A stretch of 64,000 nucleotides of DNA from Okamejei kenojei (lineage: Eukaryota), in contig CM069145.1 of NCBI GenBank assembly GCA_035221665.1, positions 56,978,001 to 57,042,000 on the forward strand, written 5' to 3'. The notes below the pieces were generated by a model. That model made no database searches and was not told the DNA's origin. It saw only the letters and a list, made by a program, of their open reading frames with translations. The number at the start of each line of letters is the position of its first letter. The first letter of the stretch is position 1. A program made the translations under genes and the position numbers. This document shows positions 38,931 through 52,452 of the stretch, one piece after another.

Positions 38931-40787
38931 TTTCTCTTCACCCATCTGCCCAAGCCCACCATCCCCCCTCCTTCCCTACGTACCTTTCCACCCATAAACC
39001 TCTCTCTGCCTTTCCATTTCACTCCTCTTTCTAATCTACTCTACTTATCTACATGCATTTTTCTTCTTAACTTTTTAGTCATGGAGTGATGCAGTGTGGA
39101 AACAGGCCCCTCACCCCAACATGCCCACGCCGACCAACATGTCCCACACACACGCATTTGGCCCATCTCCATCTAAACCTGTCCTATCCATGTACGTGTC
39201 CAAATGTCTCTTAAACATTAGGATTCTCCCAGCCTTAACTACCTCCTCTGGCAGCTCGTTCCGTACACCCATCACCCTTGGTGCGAAAAAACAACCTCTC
39301 AGATTCCTGTTAATTTCTGAAATATTGGTCATAAATGTGGTGCAGAATGCTCCAAAATAAGGCTCAGAATGCTTCAGAGAGAATCTAAACCCCCAGAGCG
39401 TCCAGGGCCCTTAAGCACATTAAAAGTTTTGTAATCCTGTCATGCCACACCCCTTTTTGAAAAGCTTCGTACGGGCCTGGTCCAAATGATTAACATGCAG
39501 CGTGTAGAGTAGTGGCCCTAGCCCCGACCCCTACGGAACTCCGCTGGTCACTGGCAGCCAATAAGAAAAAGCCCTCTTTATTGCCACTCGGGACACATTC
39601 AGATACGAGACAGACTAGCCACGTAATTCATTCATTTCTTAATTCATGTTTCGACAGCTTAAGCTGTTCCATGCAATTTATACCAATTGCAAAAAAAACA
39701 CAAATCGTCTTGAGACGAATTACTGGTATCCCGATCGTATTTTCTGCTGACTGGTCAGCACGCAACAAAAGCTTTTCGCTGAACCTTGGTACATTTGACA
39801 ATAAACTAAACTAAACTAAATTAAACTAAATCTATTGGTCACGATTTATCATAGACATATTTGATGGGCAATCTGCCTTTTGTGCCTCTGCCAGATGTCT
39901 AAAGATTCCATGAAATGTTAATTTTCATTTCCCACAGTTTAGCAAACATTTCCTTTTTAAGTGGATCTCAATTGACTATTATCATTGAAATGCTTTCAGC
40001 CGCATTCCACTCGCAGGGAAACGTAAAAATGAATTTACAGTACAATTGGCTTTATTGCCATTCATTTAACTCTGAGTCCTTTGCCAATGAAAACTGTTTT
40101 TTTTTTTACTTTTCATTCAAAAGACCATGTAACTGAACACTTCTATAAAATGCCTCATTCGTCTCTGTAATAGAGTGCAGAACAATCTAAACACAACTTA
40201 GTCCTTCATCAAATCAGTCTCAAAGATTCTGGTGATCAGACAGGAAAGTGCTGAGGCCAAGTTCAGATCATCCAATATCTCGTGAAGGCTTGAGCGGGTT
40301 TGAAGGAGAGCACAGTTCCACTAATTATTTTTTATGCATTGATTAGGTTTTCGTGGCAATGCTTAGCATTCCCTCAAGTTGCGTGCAATGTATTCTTATA
40401 CGGTTAAGTACGGTAAGGTATGGGTACAATCATAACATTGCTCGCAGCAGTATCACGGGCAAATGGTCTCAGACAAACATGTGAAACCATACATTTTCCA
40501 CGAAATACACAAAAATCTCTAAGACTGAAAGAGGAAAGAGGCGGCAAAAACACACGACATTAGTACAAACACAATTAAGAAAAACGTATATGGTAGTGGA
40601 AGAAGTGGTCCGCAGTGTTCGTTTCTCACGGCAGAATTTCGGTTATGTGGGATATACGTGATGTGATTAGCATTAAGATTTGATAAAATCTCCATTCTTT
40701 CTATACGGCGCCTGTTAATAAAACGTAAGAACCGGTAAATTTCGTGAGCAACCTGAGCACCTCTTCCTGTTAACAACTTTGAAATAA

Positions 40788-41075
40788 CCATATAACATAT
40801 AATCATATAACAATTACAGCACGGAAACAGGCCCTCTCGGCCCTTCCAGTCCGTGCCGACCATTTGTTTTCCCCTAGTCCCATCTACCTGCACTCAGACC
40901 ATACCCCTCCATTCCCTTCACGTCCATATACCTATCCACTTTAGTCTTAAATGTTCAAATCGATCCTGCCTCCACCACCTCTGCTGGAAGCTCATTCCAC
41001 ACAGCCACCACCCTCTGACTAAAGAAGTTCCCCCTCACGTTACCCCGAAACTTCTGTCCCTTAATTCTCATGTCA
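40788..41075 (-). mobile_element. CR1 family B 3' end
   Basis: Reverse complement of the 59640-59927 sequence. Confidence 0.9.
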
Positions 41076-41899
41076 ATGTATTCACCGAGCTTACAGGTTT
41101 GTACCACAACATTTTAGAGCCAATTCTCAGCCTCATAAAATGGTGCTGAAAGTATGCATTTATTATACAATTATTAATCACACCGAACCTTTAGGAGATT
41201 TTGCCTTTCTTATCAATATCTTGCACATTTGTTGTTTTCTGCTCCACTTCAGACTTGCATGGTTCAGTAATGTTAGGTTGATTTTAGTTGTGATATGAAA
41301 CTGCTTGATACGGGGTGGGGTTGCCCCAGATTTACATAATCATAGTGTTGTGCCTGCAGGAACTAAGAATATAAAATAACTATTCTGAAAAAAGTACAAA
41401 TAGCATAGATGCAACAATTCAAATGCTATGTGATGGGTTGATAAATGGACTACAAGAGTTGTTAACAACTAATTTAATATGAATCATTAAAAACATTAAC
41501 GGTGTAATATGCTGTACCTAATAGATAATCTTATTTTAGCTTCTCGCAAAATAGCGCCCAGCTGTATGAATGGCGATTGTTGACCCATAACTGAACACAA
41601 GCCCAAATCTGCCACCTGGCCGTCTTGCCTCATCGCGATCTGGGGCGTGATAGTTAAAACACAAAAGTCGCTACTTCAAAGGTTGCGCTGCACATTTTGC
41701 TTGGACTGCTTATTTTCCAATAGGTTTTACTGTTATTGGAATGATCAGACGTCTTATGAGACGGGCACAAGAACTGTAGACACTAAATTAATCTTCAAAA
41801 TTGTTCTATGCTCCGCTGTATACCAAGAAAAATAGTTGCAGAATTGGCATTATTTAATAAATTAATAAATTAATAAATTATTGAATTCAATAAAGAAAT

Positions 41900-43785
41900 A
41901 ACATTGTGTGAGGATTGTGTGCAGTTTTTGTCTCATCATTTGAGAAAGGGCATTCTTATTATTGAGGGAGTGCAGCGTAGGTTTACAAGGTTAATTCCCG
42001 GGATGACGGGACTGTCATATGCTGAGAATGGAGCAGCTGGGCTTGTACACTCTAGAGTTTAGAAGGATGGGAGGGGATCTCTCATTGAAACATATAACAT
42101 TGTTAAGGATTTGGACACGCTAGAGGCAGGAAACATGTTCTCGATGTTGGGGGAGTCCAGAACCAGGGGCCACGGTTTAAGAGTAAGGAGTAAGCCATTT
42201 AGAACGGAGCCGATGAAATTCCGTGTTGAGTCTGTGGAATTCAAGTGTTGAGTCTGTGGAATTATCTGCCTCAGAGGGCGATGGACGCAGGTTCACTGGA
42301 TGCTTTCAAGAGAGAGCTAGATAGGGCTCTACAAAATAGAGGAGTCAGGGGATATGGGGAGAAGGCAGGAACGGGATACTGATTGGGGATGATCAGCCAT
42401 GATCACATTGAATGGCGGTGCTGGGTCGAACGGTCGAATGGCACCTATTGTCTATTGTCTTGTCTATTAACAGGTAAAGGAGAGTCAGTAGATGTCGTAT
42501 AGCAAGAATTTCAGAAAGCCTTTGATACGGTGCCACGCGGGAGGCTGCTGAGGAAGATGAGAGCCCATGGTATTAAAGGGCATATACTAGCATAGATATC
42601 AGGTTGGGTTGGTGGCAGAACGCAAAGGGGGCCAATAAATGGTGATTTTTCTGATTCGCTGCCAGTGACTAGCGGGGTTCCGCAGGACTCGATGTTGGTG
42701 CCGCTGCTCTTCACGTTAATTATCAATGACTTGACTGAGGGGATTGAAGGACTTTAGGCCATTTTTGCGGATAATTCGAAAATAGATGGAGGGGCATGTA
42801 GTGTACACAAAGCAGGGACTCTGCAGAAGGACTTGATAGTTTGGGAGAGTATGCAAAGAAGTGGCAGATGGAATATAATGTAGCAAATTGTAGAGTCCTG
42901 CATTTTGGTAGTCGGAATAAAGGCGTAGGTTGTTTTCTAAATGTGGAGAGAATCCAGAAATCGGAGGTGCAAAGCGACTTAGCAGTGACGGTGCAGGTTT
43001 CCAAAATGTTAATCTGCAAATCGAATTAATAGCAAAGAAAGCAAACCAAATGCTAGCATTTAGTTCGAGAGGGCTGATATACAAAAGCAGGCGTGTAATG
43101 CTGAGGTTCTATAAGGCGCTGGTCAGGCCACATTTGGAATAATGTGATCCATTTTGGGCACCGTATCTGAGGTTGTGCTGGCTCTGGAGAAGGTCCAGAG
43201 GATGTTTACAAAAATACTCCAGAATTGATCTCATCAATGCCTTGTACAATTTTAACATTACTTTCCTACTCCTATATTCAATGCTCTGATTTATAAAGGC
43301 CAGCACACCAAAAGCTTTCATTACCATCCTATCTACATGCGATTCCACCTTCAGGGAACTATGCAAAGTTATTCCTAGATCCCTCTGTCCCACAGCATTA
43401 CTCAATTCCCTACCATTTACCATGTACGTCCTATTTTGATTTGTCCTGCCAAGATGTAGCACCTCACACTTATCAGCATTAAACTCCATCTACCATCTTT
43501 CAGCCCACTCTTCCAAATGGCCCAAATCTCTCTGTAGATAAATCTACTTCATTATCCACAACACCACCTATCTTAGTATCATCTGCATACTTACCTATCC
43601 AATTTTCCACCCCATCATCCAGATCATTGAAGTACATGACCAGATCATTGATGTACCATGTCCCCTGATTCCGCTAGGCCTAAGAGCTCTATCTAACTCT
43701 CTTTTAAATTCATCCAGCGAATTGACCCCCACTGCCTTCTGTGGCAGAGAATTCAACAAATTCACAACTATTTGGGTGAATTTGT
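41900..43785. mobile_element. Cluster of CR1 fragments (+ 41900-42470, + 42470-43210, - 43210-43660, - 43660-43785)
   Basis: CR1 RT peptides on both strands, e.g. ORF 43109-43489 MEFNADKCEVLHLG. Confidence 0.85.
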
Positions 43786-44679
43786 GTAGGTCTGAAGGTT
43801 AGAATAACTTTGGAAATAACTTTGTTTCAGCACTTTATTCTACGTAGGCGGTGAGATCGTGAATTGTGGAGCCTCTTCTGGGTAATGAGTAAGATGAGGA
43901 GCTGAGTATCGTCAATTTCTGAAATGGACCCCCCAATTACTTCCGTGAATGAGCCATTTCCTTGTTTTAGTTCCGTTGTTAGACGAAACTTTAGTCTATA
44001 AGTGGCATCGGGGCGGACCCGGAGCTTTATTTTTTGCAATGGGAAACAACAACATCGATTGGCTGTTTCTCATCAATAGTTATTTGAAATTGCCAGAATG
44101 GCTCTCACTCAAATTTATTTCTGTAGTATGCTATAAATCCAGTATATATTGAATTGGTGACATAAATCATTATCACTATTTGTTGCGTTATGAAACTGCG
44201 TCATATACCTTATTACAGAGATTAGTTAAGAATGCAGATGCGCAGGGGTACTGGGTCATGTTTTAGGTATTACTAAAACATCATTTATTAAAGGCATGCT
44301 GCTTGCAATGGTTTCGGAAAAGATTAAAACAATGATTATAAAATGAATTGTACTGAGGCAGTATACATTCGAGTAATTAAAATTAATTATAATGATGGTT
44401 AATAATTTTGAAGAGCCTTAAGATTGTGTATATAGGCTTCAAGATCCATGGTGTATCTAATTTATAGCTAACGCATGGACTCCTATGTGGCCGGGGATAT
44501 CAACCAAGTCTACTTTTCACGGAAGCCCACTGAAGTTTTAAATAAACAGCATTTCAAACGCATCCCGTCACAAAGTATCCCGCATCCCCCGGGACTGTCT
44601 TCCCATCTGCATTACAGATGGGGTTCAAGGACATACCTGATCTGTCACCTCACCCCTCGGCACCCAACACCCACCGCCC

Positions 44680-44740
44680 AACACATACACGCACGCACGC
44701 ATGCACACACAGACAGAGACACGCACACACACGCACTCAC
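44680..44740. repeat. Imperfect (CA)n/(CACG)n microsatellite
   Basis: ACACATACACGCACGCACGCATGCACACACAGACAGAGACACGCACACACACGCAC. Confidence 0.8.
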
Positions 44741-44974
44741 GGTAACACAAAATGGAGTGGAAACAAATCCTGCTTCATCATGAGAGACCAGCAGTTGAAA
44801 AGAGAAAACCTTTTGTTTAGGAAGGAACTGCACATTTCCCTGGGTTGATTTTATTCCCAAACATCCTCCGATTGTCTGGAACCCTTTTTTACACATCATC
44901 GACTAAATCACACTTAACATAACTTGCAATCTTCTTAATTGTAACTATTGTATCTAAATCCAACTCTACCGCTG

Positions 44975-45150
44975 GTCGGGATGTTGGCGCAGCGGAGGAG
45001 TTGCTGCCTTACAGCGCCGGAGCCCCGAGTTCGATCCCGACAACGGGTGTTCTTAAAAGATTTGGAGTTTTCCGAAATAATTGGCTTTTCTGAAATAATT
45101 GAAGGGTGAGTGGGAATGGAAGGGCCTGTCTTCGCGCTGTTTCTCACAGC
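44975..45150 (+). mobile_element. HE1/V-SINE, internally deleted
   Basis: TGGCGCAGCGG (A-box) and GAGTTCGATCC (B-box), then a CR1-like tail. Confidence 0.7.
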
Positions 45151-45436
45151 TCCAAGAGACCAGCTACTGTGCTCCATTCACCTTACAGTCAGAGACTCCC
45201 AGTTCACTATTCCGTTCTGTCGGTAAGCCAGTTTCTAATTTATCCTTCTCTTTTTTCGAATACCGACAGTTTTCTTGATCGATCTGCTATAAAATAATTT
45301 TCCAAATCTTCATCTAAAATCCATGAATGCATCCATCCAGTTGCATTAGTCTGTGTGTGGCGCCTATCAGTAAATGTAATTAAAATAGTCGGACATGAAT
45401 TTTCTTTGACAGAACCAGTTGAGGGCCATTGATATA

Positions 45437-45630
45437 CAGTGCCCTGCATAATGTTTGGGACAAAGACCCATCATTTAATTATTTGCCTCTGTAGTACACA
45501 ATTTGAGATTTATAATAGAAAAAATCACATGTGGTTAAAGTGCACAATGTCTTTAACCACATTTTGGTTTCACGATGTAAAAATTACAGCAGTGTTTATA
45601 CATAGTCCCTCCATTTCAGGGCAACGTAAT
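45437..45630 (-). mobile_element. Tc1 terminal repeat; the element continues at 48505-48740
   Basis: TA|CAGTGCCCTGCATAATGTTTGGGACAAAG terminus. Confidence 0.7.
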
Positions 45631-47868
45631 CAAGTCAGGTCAAGTCAAGTCAATTTTATTTTTGTACCACATTTGAAAACAACTCTGTTGACCAAAGTGC
45701 AACATCCAATGGCACATAGATTTAACAATACATACATACAGACATACATACAGCGCTCCCTCAGAGGACCTCAAGAAACGCTTCTGAGTAGAAATATGTT
45801 TTAAGTCTAGACTTAAAGGACTCGACGGAGGGGGCAGTTCTGATGAGAAGAGGGATGCTGTTCCACAGTCTAGGTGCTGCAACCGCAAGAGCGCGGTCAC
45901 CCCTGAGCTTAAACGTGGACCGCGGGATAGTCAGTAGCCCCAAGTCGGCCGACCTGAGGGACCTGGAGGTAGAATGGTAGGTTAGCAGATTTTTGATATA
46001 GGTGGGGGAAAGCCGTTAAGGGCGTTGTATACATATAGGAGGAGCTTGAAATTGATTATGTAACGTACTGGGAGGCAGTGGAGAGAGGCCAGAATCGGGG
46101 TGATAAGGTCCCCTTTACTGGTACGTGTCAGAAGTCTCGCTACGACGTTTTGCACCAATTGCAGGCGGGACAGGGTTGATTGGCTGATGCCAGTGTATAG
46201 GGAGTTGCAGTAGTCAAGGCGGGGGGAGATAAATGCGTGGATGATCTTTTCAAGGTCGTCGAATTGGAGGAATGGTTTAATTCTAGCTATCGTGCGAAGC
46301 TGGAAGAATCTAGTTTTTACCACAGCATTCACTTGTTTGTCAAACTTCAATGTGGAGACAAATATCACGCCACGGTTTTTGACGTGCGGTTGATAAAGGA
46401 GGTTACATGTTCAAGAAGGAACTGCAGATGCTGGAAAATCGAACGTAGACAAAAGTGCTGAGGAAAATCAGCGGGTGCGGCAGCATCTATGGAGCGAAAG
46501 AAATAGGCAACGTTTCGGGCCGAAAACCTTCTTCAGACCTGAAGAAGGGGTTCGGCCCGAAACGTTGCCTATTTCCTTCGCTTCATAGATGCTGCTGCAC
46601 CCACTGTGTTTCCCCAGCACTTAATGTCTACCTTCGAGTAAGGAGCTTGGACTTCCAAGGCTGAGTGCTGTCGTTGTGATGGAGTCCGAGGGGCTGAGTA
46701 GGATGACCTCAGACTTGCTTTCGTTTAGTTGGAGGACGTTCTGTGCCATCCAACACTTTATATCCTCGAGGCAGAGCATAAGGCTGTGTAGATTTGATCC
46801 GTTCTTGGGTTTCATGGGGAGATAGGGCTGTGTATCGCCTGCATCGGAGTGGAAGGAAATGCCGTGCCTTTGAATGACGGCCTCGGGGGCGCATATACAG
46901 AGAGAAGAGAGTGGGGCCTAGGATGGAGACTTCTGGAACCCCGCAGCGAAGGCCAGCTGGGGAAGAGAAAGAGTTGCCTATGTTTGTAGAGAAATTCCTA
47001 TATTTGAGGTAGGAAACGAAGCAGCTCAGGGCAGTGCCATCAATACCAACCCCGCACCGGAGACGGTCAATTAGGATGGTGTGGTCAACTGTATCAAACG
47101 CTGCGCTGAGGTCGAGAAGGAGCAGGATTGCACAGTCGCCGGAGTCGATGGCAAGAAGCGGGTCGTTATGTGCCTTCAACAAGGCAGACTCTGTGCTGTG
47201 GTGGGCCCTGAAAGCTTATTGTAAAATTTCCAGAATGGTATTTTGGTGTAGGTAAGGCATTAGCTTATTTAGAATTACCTTTTCATGGACTTTTGAAAGG
47301 AATGGCAGTTTGGAGATAGGTCTGTAGTTGGTAGGCAAGTTGGGGTCTAAGTTAGTTTGAAGTTAGGAGCGGCTCGACCATCGCGTGCTTGAAACAGTTT
47401 GGAACAGTGCCTGTGGCCAGAGCAGTGTAGATGATAGCGAGGATGCTGGGACCGGCTATTGTAATGGCATCATTCAGAAGGGCAGTGGTGACAACGTCGA
47501 GGGGGCAGATTGCAGGTTTCATAGTGGAGACCAGCTTTACAAGGGAGGGTAGAGTAACGGGATGAAAACAGTCTAATTTAGAAGAACAGACCAATGAGAC
47601 AGCTAGGTCACGAATGGGAGGGGAAATATTCGTTCTAACGTTCTCAACGTTGCTAGTGAAAAATGTAGTAAATTCCTCGCACTGGTACTAGGGGCAAGAC
47701 ATATGACAGAGTTAATGGTACTAAATGGGACCTTGGAATTATGGGCGTTTTTGGAAACAAGATCGGAAAAGTATTGTGTTCTCGCAGACTTTACTGCTTC
47801 CTGGTATTTGAGAATATAGTTTCTCACAAGTTTGAATGAAATTTGAAGCTTATCAGATTTATATTTGT
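45631..47868 (-). mobile_element. L2 LINE, decayed ORF2 and (TTGAC)n tail
   Basis: LLLLDLSAAFDTVDHTILI, RLDYCNSL..LQLVQN..ARLLT and RALAVAAPRLWNSIP peptides. Confidence 0.92.
46409..46638. mobile_element. Foldback Penelope terminal element inside L2, with hammerhead cores on both strands
   Basis: Near-perfect palindrome centred at about 46537; CTGAAGA-A-GGG..CCC-GAAA-CG-TT at 46539-46566 and its mirror at 46536-46509. Confidence 0.85.
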
Positions 47869-48505
47869 GCTGGCCTTTATGAATCAGAGCATTGAATATA
47901 GGAGCAGGGAAGTAATGTTAAAATTGTAAAAGGCATTGGTGAGACCAATTCTGGAGTAGGGTGTACAATTTTGGTCGCCTAATTATAAGAAGGATGGCAA
48001 CAAAATAGAGAGAGTACAGAGGAGATTTACTAGAATGTTGCCTGGGATCCAGCAACTATGTTACAGAGAAAGGTTGAACAAGTTAGGTCTTTATTCTTTG
48101 GAGCGCAGAAGGTTAAGGGGGGACTTGATTGAGGTATTTAAAATGATGAAAGGGATAGACAGAGTTGACGTGGATAAACTTATCCCATTAAGGGTAGGCA
48201 AGATTCAAACAAGAGGGCATGACATGCGAATTAAGGGACGGAAGTTTAGGGGTAACGTGAGGGGGAACTTCTTTACTCAGAGGGTGGTGGCTGTGTGGAA
48301 TGAGCTTCCAGCAGAAGTGGTGGAGGCAGGATCGATTTTAACATTTAAAAGTGAAGTGGATAGGTATATGGACGGGAAGGGAATGGAGGGGTATGGTCTG
48401 AGTGCAGGTAGATGGGACTAGGGGAAAACAAATGGTCGGCACGGACTGGAAGGGCCGAGAGCGCCTTTTTCCGTGCTGTAATTGTTATATGGTTATATGG
48501 TTATA
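47869..48505 (+). mobile_element. CR1 family B 3' portion
   Basis: ORF 48035-48421; (TTATATGG)n tail. Confidence 0.92.
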
Positions 48506-48740
48506 CTTCCGTTCTGATTTTCTGCACTCTATTCTTAGGGCTTTGCATGCAATGACTACTTGAAGTCTGCAATTCATGGACATCACCAGTTGCTGGGTGT
48601 CTTCTCTGGTGGTGCTCTGCCAGGCCTGCACTGCAGCCACATTTAGCTTATGCGTGCTTTGTGGGCTAGTCCTCTCAGTTTTCTCTTCAGCATATCAAAG
48701 GCATGCTCAATTGGGCTCAGATCGTGTGATTGACTTGGCA
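48506..48740 (-). mobile_element. Tc1 transposase C-terminal fragment
   Basis: PSQSHDLSPIEHAF (SPDLNPIE motif). Confidence 0.75.
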
Positions 48741-48759
48741 ACAACAACAACAATGGCAG

Positions 48760-49830
48760 ATAATTCGAAGAATAATACAGAAGGTGCAGGATGAGTACAT
48801 TCCTAGGAGGAAGAAAGATTCCAAGGGGAGTGAGGAGCGACCGTGACTGACAAGGGACGTCAGGGACAGTATAAAAATAAAAGAGAAGATGCACAACGTA
48901 GCAAAGATGAGCGGGAAGCAAGAGAATTGGGTAATGTTTAACGAGCAACGGAAGATAACTAAAAATATAATACCGGGAGCAAATATGAGGTACGAAGGTA
49001 AGCTAGCCAAGAACATAAAGAATAGTAAATAGTAAAAGCTTCTTTAGGGTGAAGAGGAAACAATTCGTTAAGATCAAAGTTGGACAATTGAAGACCGAAA
49101 AAGGCGAATTTATTATAGGGAACAAGAAAATGGCAAATGGGTTGAACAGGTACTTTGGATCCGTCGGGAGAGAGAAAGGCGGGAGAGAGAAAGCAGGGAA
49201 TTATGGACCAGTTACCCTGGCATCGGTGGTGGGGAAGATGCTGGAGTCAATTATAAAAGATGAAATAGCCGCACATTTAGATAACAGTAACAGGATCGGT
49301 CCGAGTCAGCATGGATTTACAAAGGAGAAATCATGCTTGACTAATCTTCTGGAATTTTTCAGGATGTAACTAGGAAAATGGTCAAGGGAGAGCCAGTGGT
49401 TGTTGTGTATCTGGACTTTCAGAATGCATTTGATAAGGTCCAACATAGGAGAATCGAGCAAAGGAGCAAAGAGGTCCTTCTGCTGTTGTACAGGGTCCTA
49501 GTGAGACCACAACTGGAGTATTGTGTGCAATTTTGGTCCCCTAATTTGAATAACATTCTTGCTATTGAGGGAGTGCTGCATTGGTTTACAATGTTAATTC
49601 CCATGATGGCGGGACTGAGAGAATGGCGGGACTGCGAGATATGCTGAGAGAATGGAGCGGCTGGGCGTGTACACTCTGGTAATTAGAAGGATAAGAGGGG
49701 ATCTTATTGAAACATATAAGATTGTTAAGGGTTTGGACACGCTAGAGGCATGAAACATGTTACCGATGTTAGGGGAGACCAGAACCACGGGCCACCGTTT
49801 AAGATTAATGGTTAAGCCTTTTAGAACGAA
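48760..49830 (+). mobile_element. CR1 fragments with internal deletions
   Basis: SQHGFTKEKSCLTNLLEFF, YLDFQNAFDKV, VRPQLEYCVQFW. Confidence 0.85.
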
Positions 49831-50169
49831 TGTACTTTCGCTTGCATTATTATGCTCTGGTGCAATAGTATAAGTATAACTGATAATTTATTGAATTGCT
49901 GTTTATTGTACTCTTATTGTTGTGTGCTTGGGTTAATGTTCTTTTTAAGCTGCAGCACGTAAACATTTTACTGTTAAGGTGCAAATGACAAATATAACCT
50001 ATTGACTCTTACTCTTGACACATTATTACGTAAAATAAGTTGAATGGAATAGCTTTGCCTTCCACAAGGAATGGAGTGTCACCGTATCACCATGCACGCA
50101 CAGTTCCTATAAATGCAGTCACAGAGTCCAACAACACAGGGACAACCTCGTCAGCCCCACGCGCCCATG

Positions 50170-50635
50170 CCAACTTCTTCATGCGAATGAAAGATAAGCC
50201 AAAGGAATAGTTAGATCTCAACCCGGGTGTTGAGCAGCCAGGTTGTTGTTTCTGCGTCAATGTCTGCCAGGCCCTGAGCTCATTTGGAGGGTAGTAGAGC
50301 GGGCACCCAGCGATGACATGGTTGGCTGTCTTGTTCTGATCCGCATTCGCAGGCTGGGGTCCTCTGGCGGAGTGCTCATCCCCACGTGCTGGCATTAAAA
50401 CGCCCAACTGCAGTACGAAGTCTGTTGAGTTTCACCCATGCACCTCTGGGGATAAGACCTTGGACAGCTTTTATCTGGTGAAGAGATGTAGCTGTGTAAT
50501 GGAGATGAGATTGCCTTCCACTCCTGTGACCACTTGGTGGCTTTCCAGTGTGCTTTTGATGCCAACATTTTGCACATACAAAAATATTCCTCCAACATTC
50601 TGGCATTAGGACCCTATCCGTCCCTGCCTTGCCAA
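50170..50635 (-). mobile_element. Vingi/Ingi-type LINE 3' end (zinc-knuckle region)
   Basis: PRGAWVKLNRLRTAVGRFNAS..WG and TANHVIAGCP peptides. Confidence 0.65.
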
Positions 50636-52147
50636 TTTAAGTGTATATTAGTTGCAATGAAAAGATTCGATTCTGTATTGTCAGTTGCTTAGCGAACATA
50701 TAAAACAGTTGTGCAATGAAATGTGGTCATCCGAACTAGGGTCATGTTGTTGTTACAGCACAAGATTCAAGGAAATTGAGCTAAAAAGTCCTAAGGAAGA
50801 CGTCCATTTACATGACGACTTTGACGAGCTTATTAGGTTGTCCAGATACATTCTATATCATCTCCACAACGTTCACTGTACTGTTATTGTAGTGATGCCG
50901 ATGTGACAACATGTGTGATTCCATTCGTCACTCCTCGAGAATGAAGCAGTCCAGGGCAGCTTGCAGTAAGTATGCATGGAAAACGCAGTCACGGACCTAC
51001 AAATGCCAAGTAACTCGTGCGCTGGAAATTTCCACACAAACGATCACTTCCAAATAAAAGAGTCCAACTGCAGAACAATGACATCTGACGGCACTGCCTT
51101 ACTGCGTTCAGCACCGTAAAATCGTGGAATTTGCGTTGATCACAAAATCAATTGGACTAGTCAGTTAGGCAATGCCATTGTAGGTGAAAACCCGGGTATC
51201 CTGTCGTATTTCCCATTTTCCAATCTAATGGGAATTCCTGGATTCTGGGAAGTTTTTTGTAAAACCGAAAGCCACCCATCAACTAATTTTGACATACCCC
51301 CCTTTTTGGAACTTTAGCTATATCCTCTCTCGTGAAACCTTCTGAATTCACCTGACATATGTTTTTTTTCTCCATTATATATTCCTACACTCTCAGTAGA
51401 AGTTGGCGATGATGTTTTGCTCAGTGTACGCTTGTCGTGCACACATAGTGGTAGGATTATGTAAAGAAGGGTTTTAGTACATGTTCGCCAGTGATGGTAT
51501 GAACTGTGGCCAGGGGATGGACGGTATCGTATTTGTATTGATCAGTCGTAAACATATCTACAAATGTTTCTGCGACTACCGTATAATTAAAGTTTATTGA
51601 AGAGCCAAGGATTAAAAACCTCAATTAAGTCAGTGTTTATCTTTGGTCTAAGATGTCCAAGCTTCTGCCCAATAAATCTCCTTATGGTTTTGAACTTACA
51701 TCACTATGCAGATGGCAAGCCAAGACACCATGACACCAACCCCTCCGCCCACTCAGCCCACCTGTCAACCTGCAGTTTAATTGTACTCAGTGACACATCC
51801 CGTAGTTTTACTTCCTGAAAGATATCGAGAGCCTCCTTCTATATAAAGCAAGGGGTAAACCCGACTTCAAATATTGCGGTCGGCAGTATGCTACAGGTGG
51901 TCAATAAAACAGGCGGGAGCTGAAGATGGAACCCGATCGATATTTGCTTGTAACCCCGCCCTTATTATTTCTTTGCAGGGCCGCTTTCACGTTCAACATT
52001 ACCCAAAGACTGATAATCTTTCAATGCGGCGTCTGCTGAATGCTGACACCGAACTCATTAGAACTCGGCAGATGAATGCGGGAATCCGACTAAGCTGGTA
52101 GCAGGAATAAACATACCTAAAATATACGAAACACACCCAACATATGC

Positions 52148-52440
52148 GGCACGGTGGCTCAGCGGTACAGTTGCTGCCTTACAGCGCCAAAGCCCCGGGT
52201 ACCGGTTTCGATCCTGACAACGGGTGGTTGCCTATACGGGGATTGTACGTTCTGCCTGTGACCTGCGTGGGTTTTCTACTATTTCTTCGGTTTACTCGCA
52301 CACACCAAAGTCGTGCAGTTGTAACAATGCAAAATTGTCCCTAGTGTATGTAGATAGTGTTAATGTGCGGGGATCGCTGGTCGGTGCGGACTCAGTGGGC
52401 CGAAGGGCCTATTTGCGCATTGTATCTCTAAACTAAACTA
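52148..52440 (+). mobile_element. HE1/V-SINE, full length
   Basis: GGCACGGTGGCTCAGCGG A-box, GTTTCGATCC B-box, CR1-like 3' part, CTAAACTAAAC tail. Confidence 0.88.
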
Positions 52441-52452
52441 CGTCTTGCTGAT

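Noticed and set aside
52148-52225. tRNA gene
   Set aside because: A/B boxes belong to a SINE head that continues into the V-SINE core and LINE-like tail.
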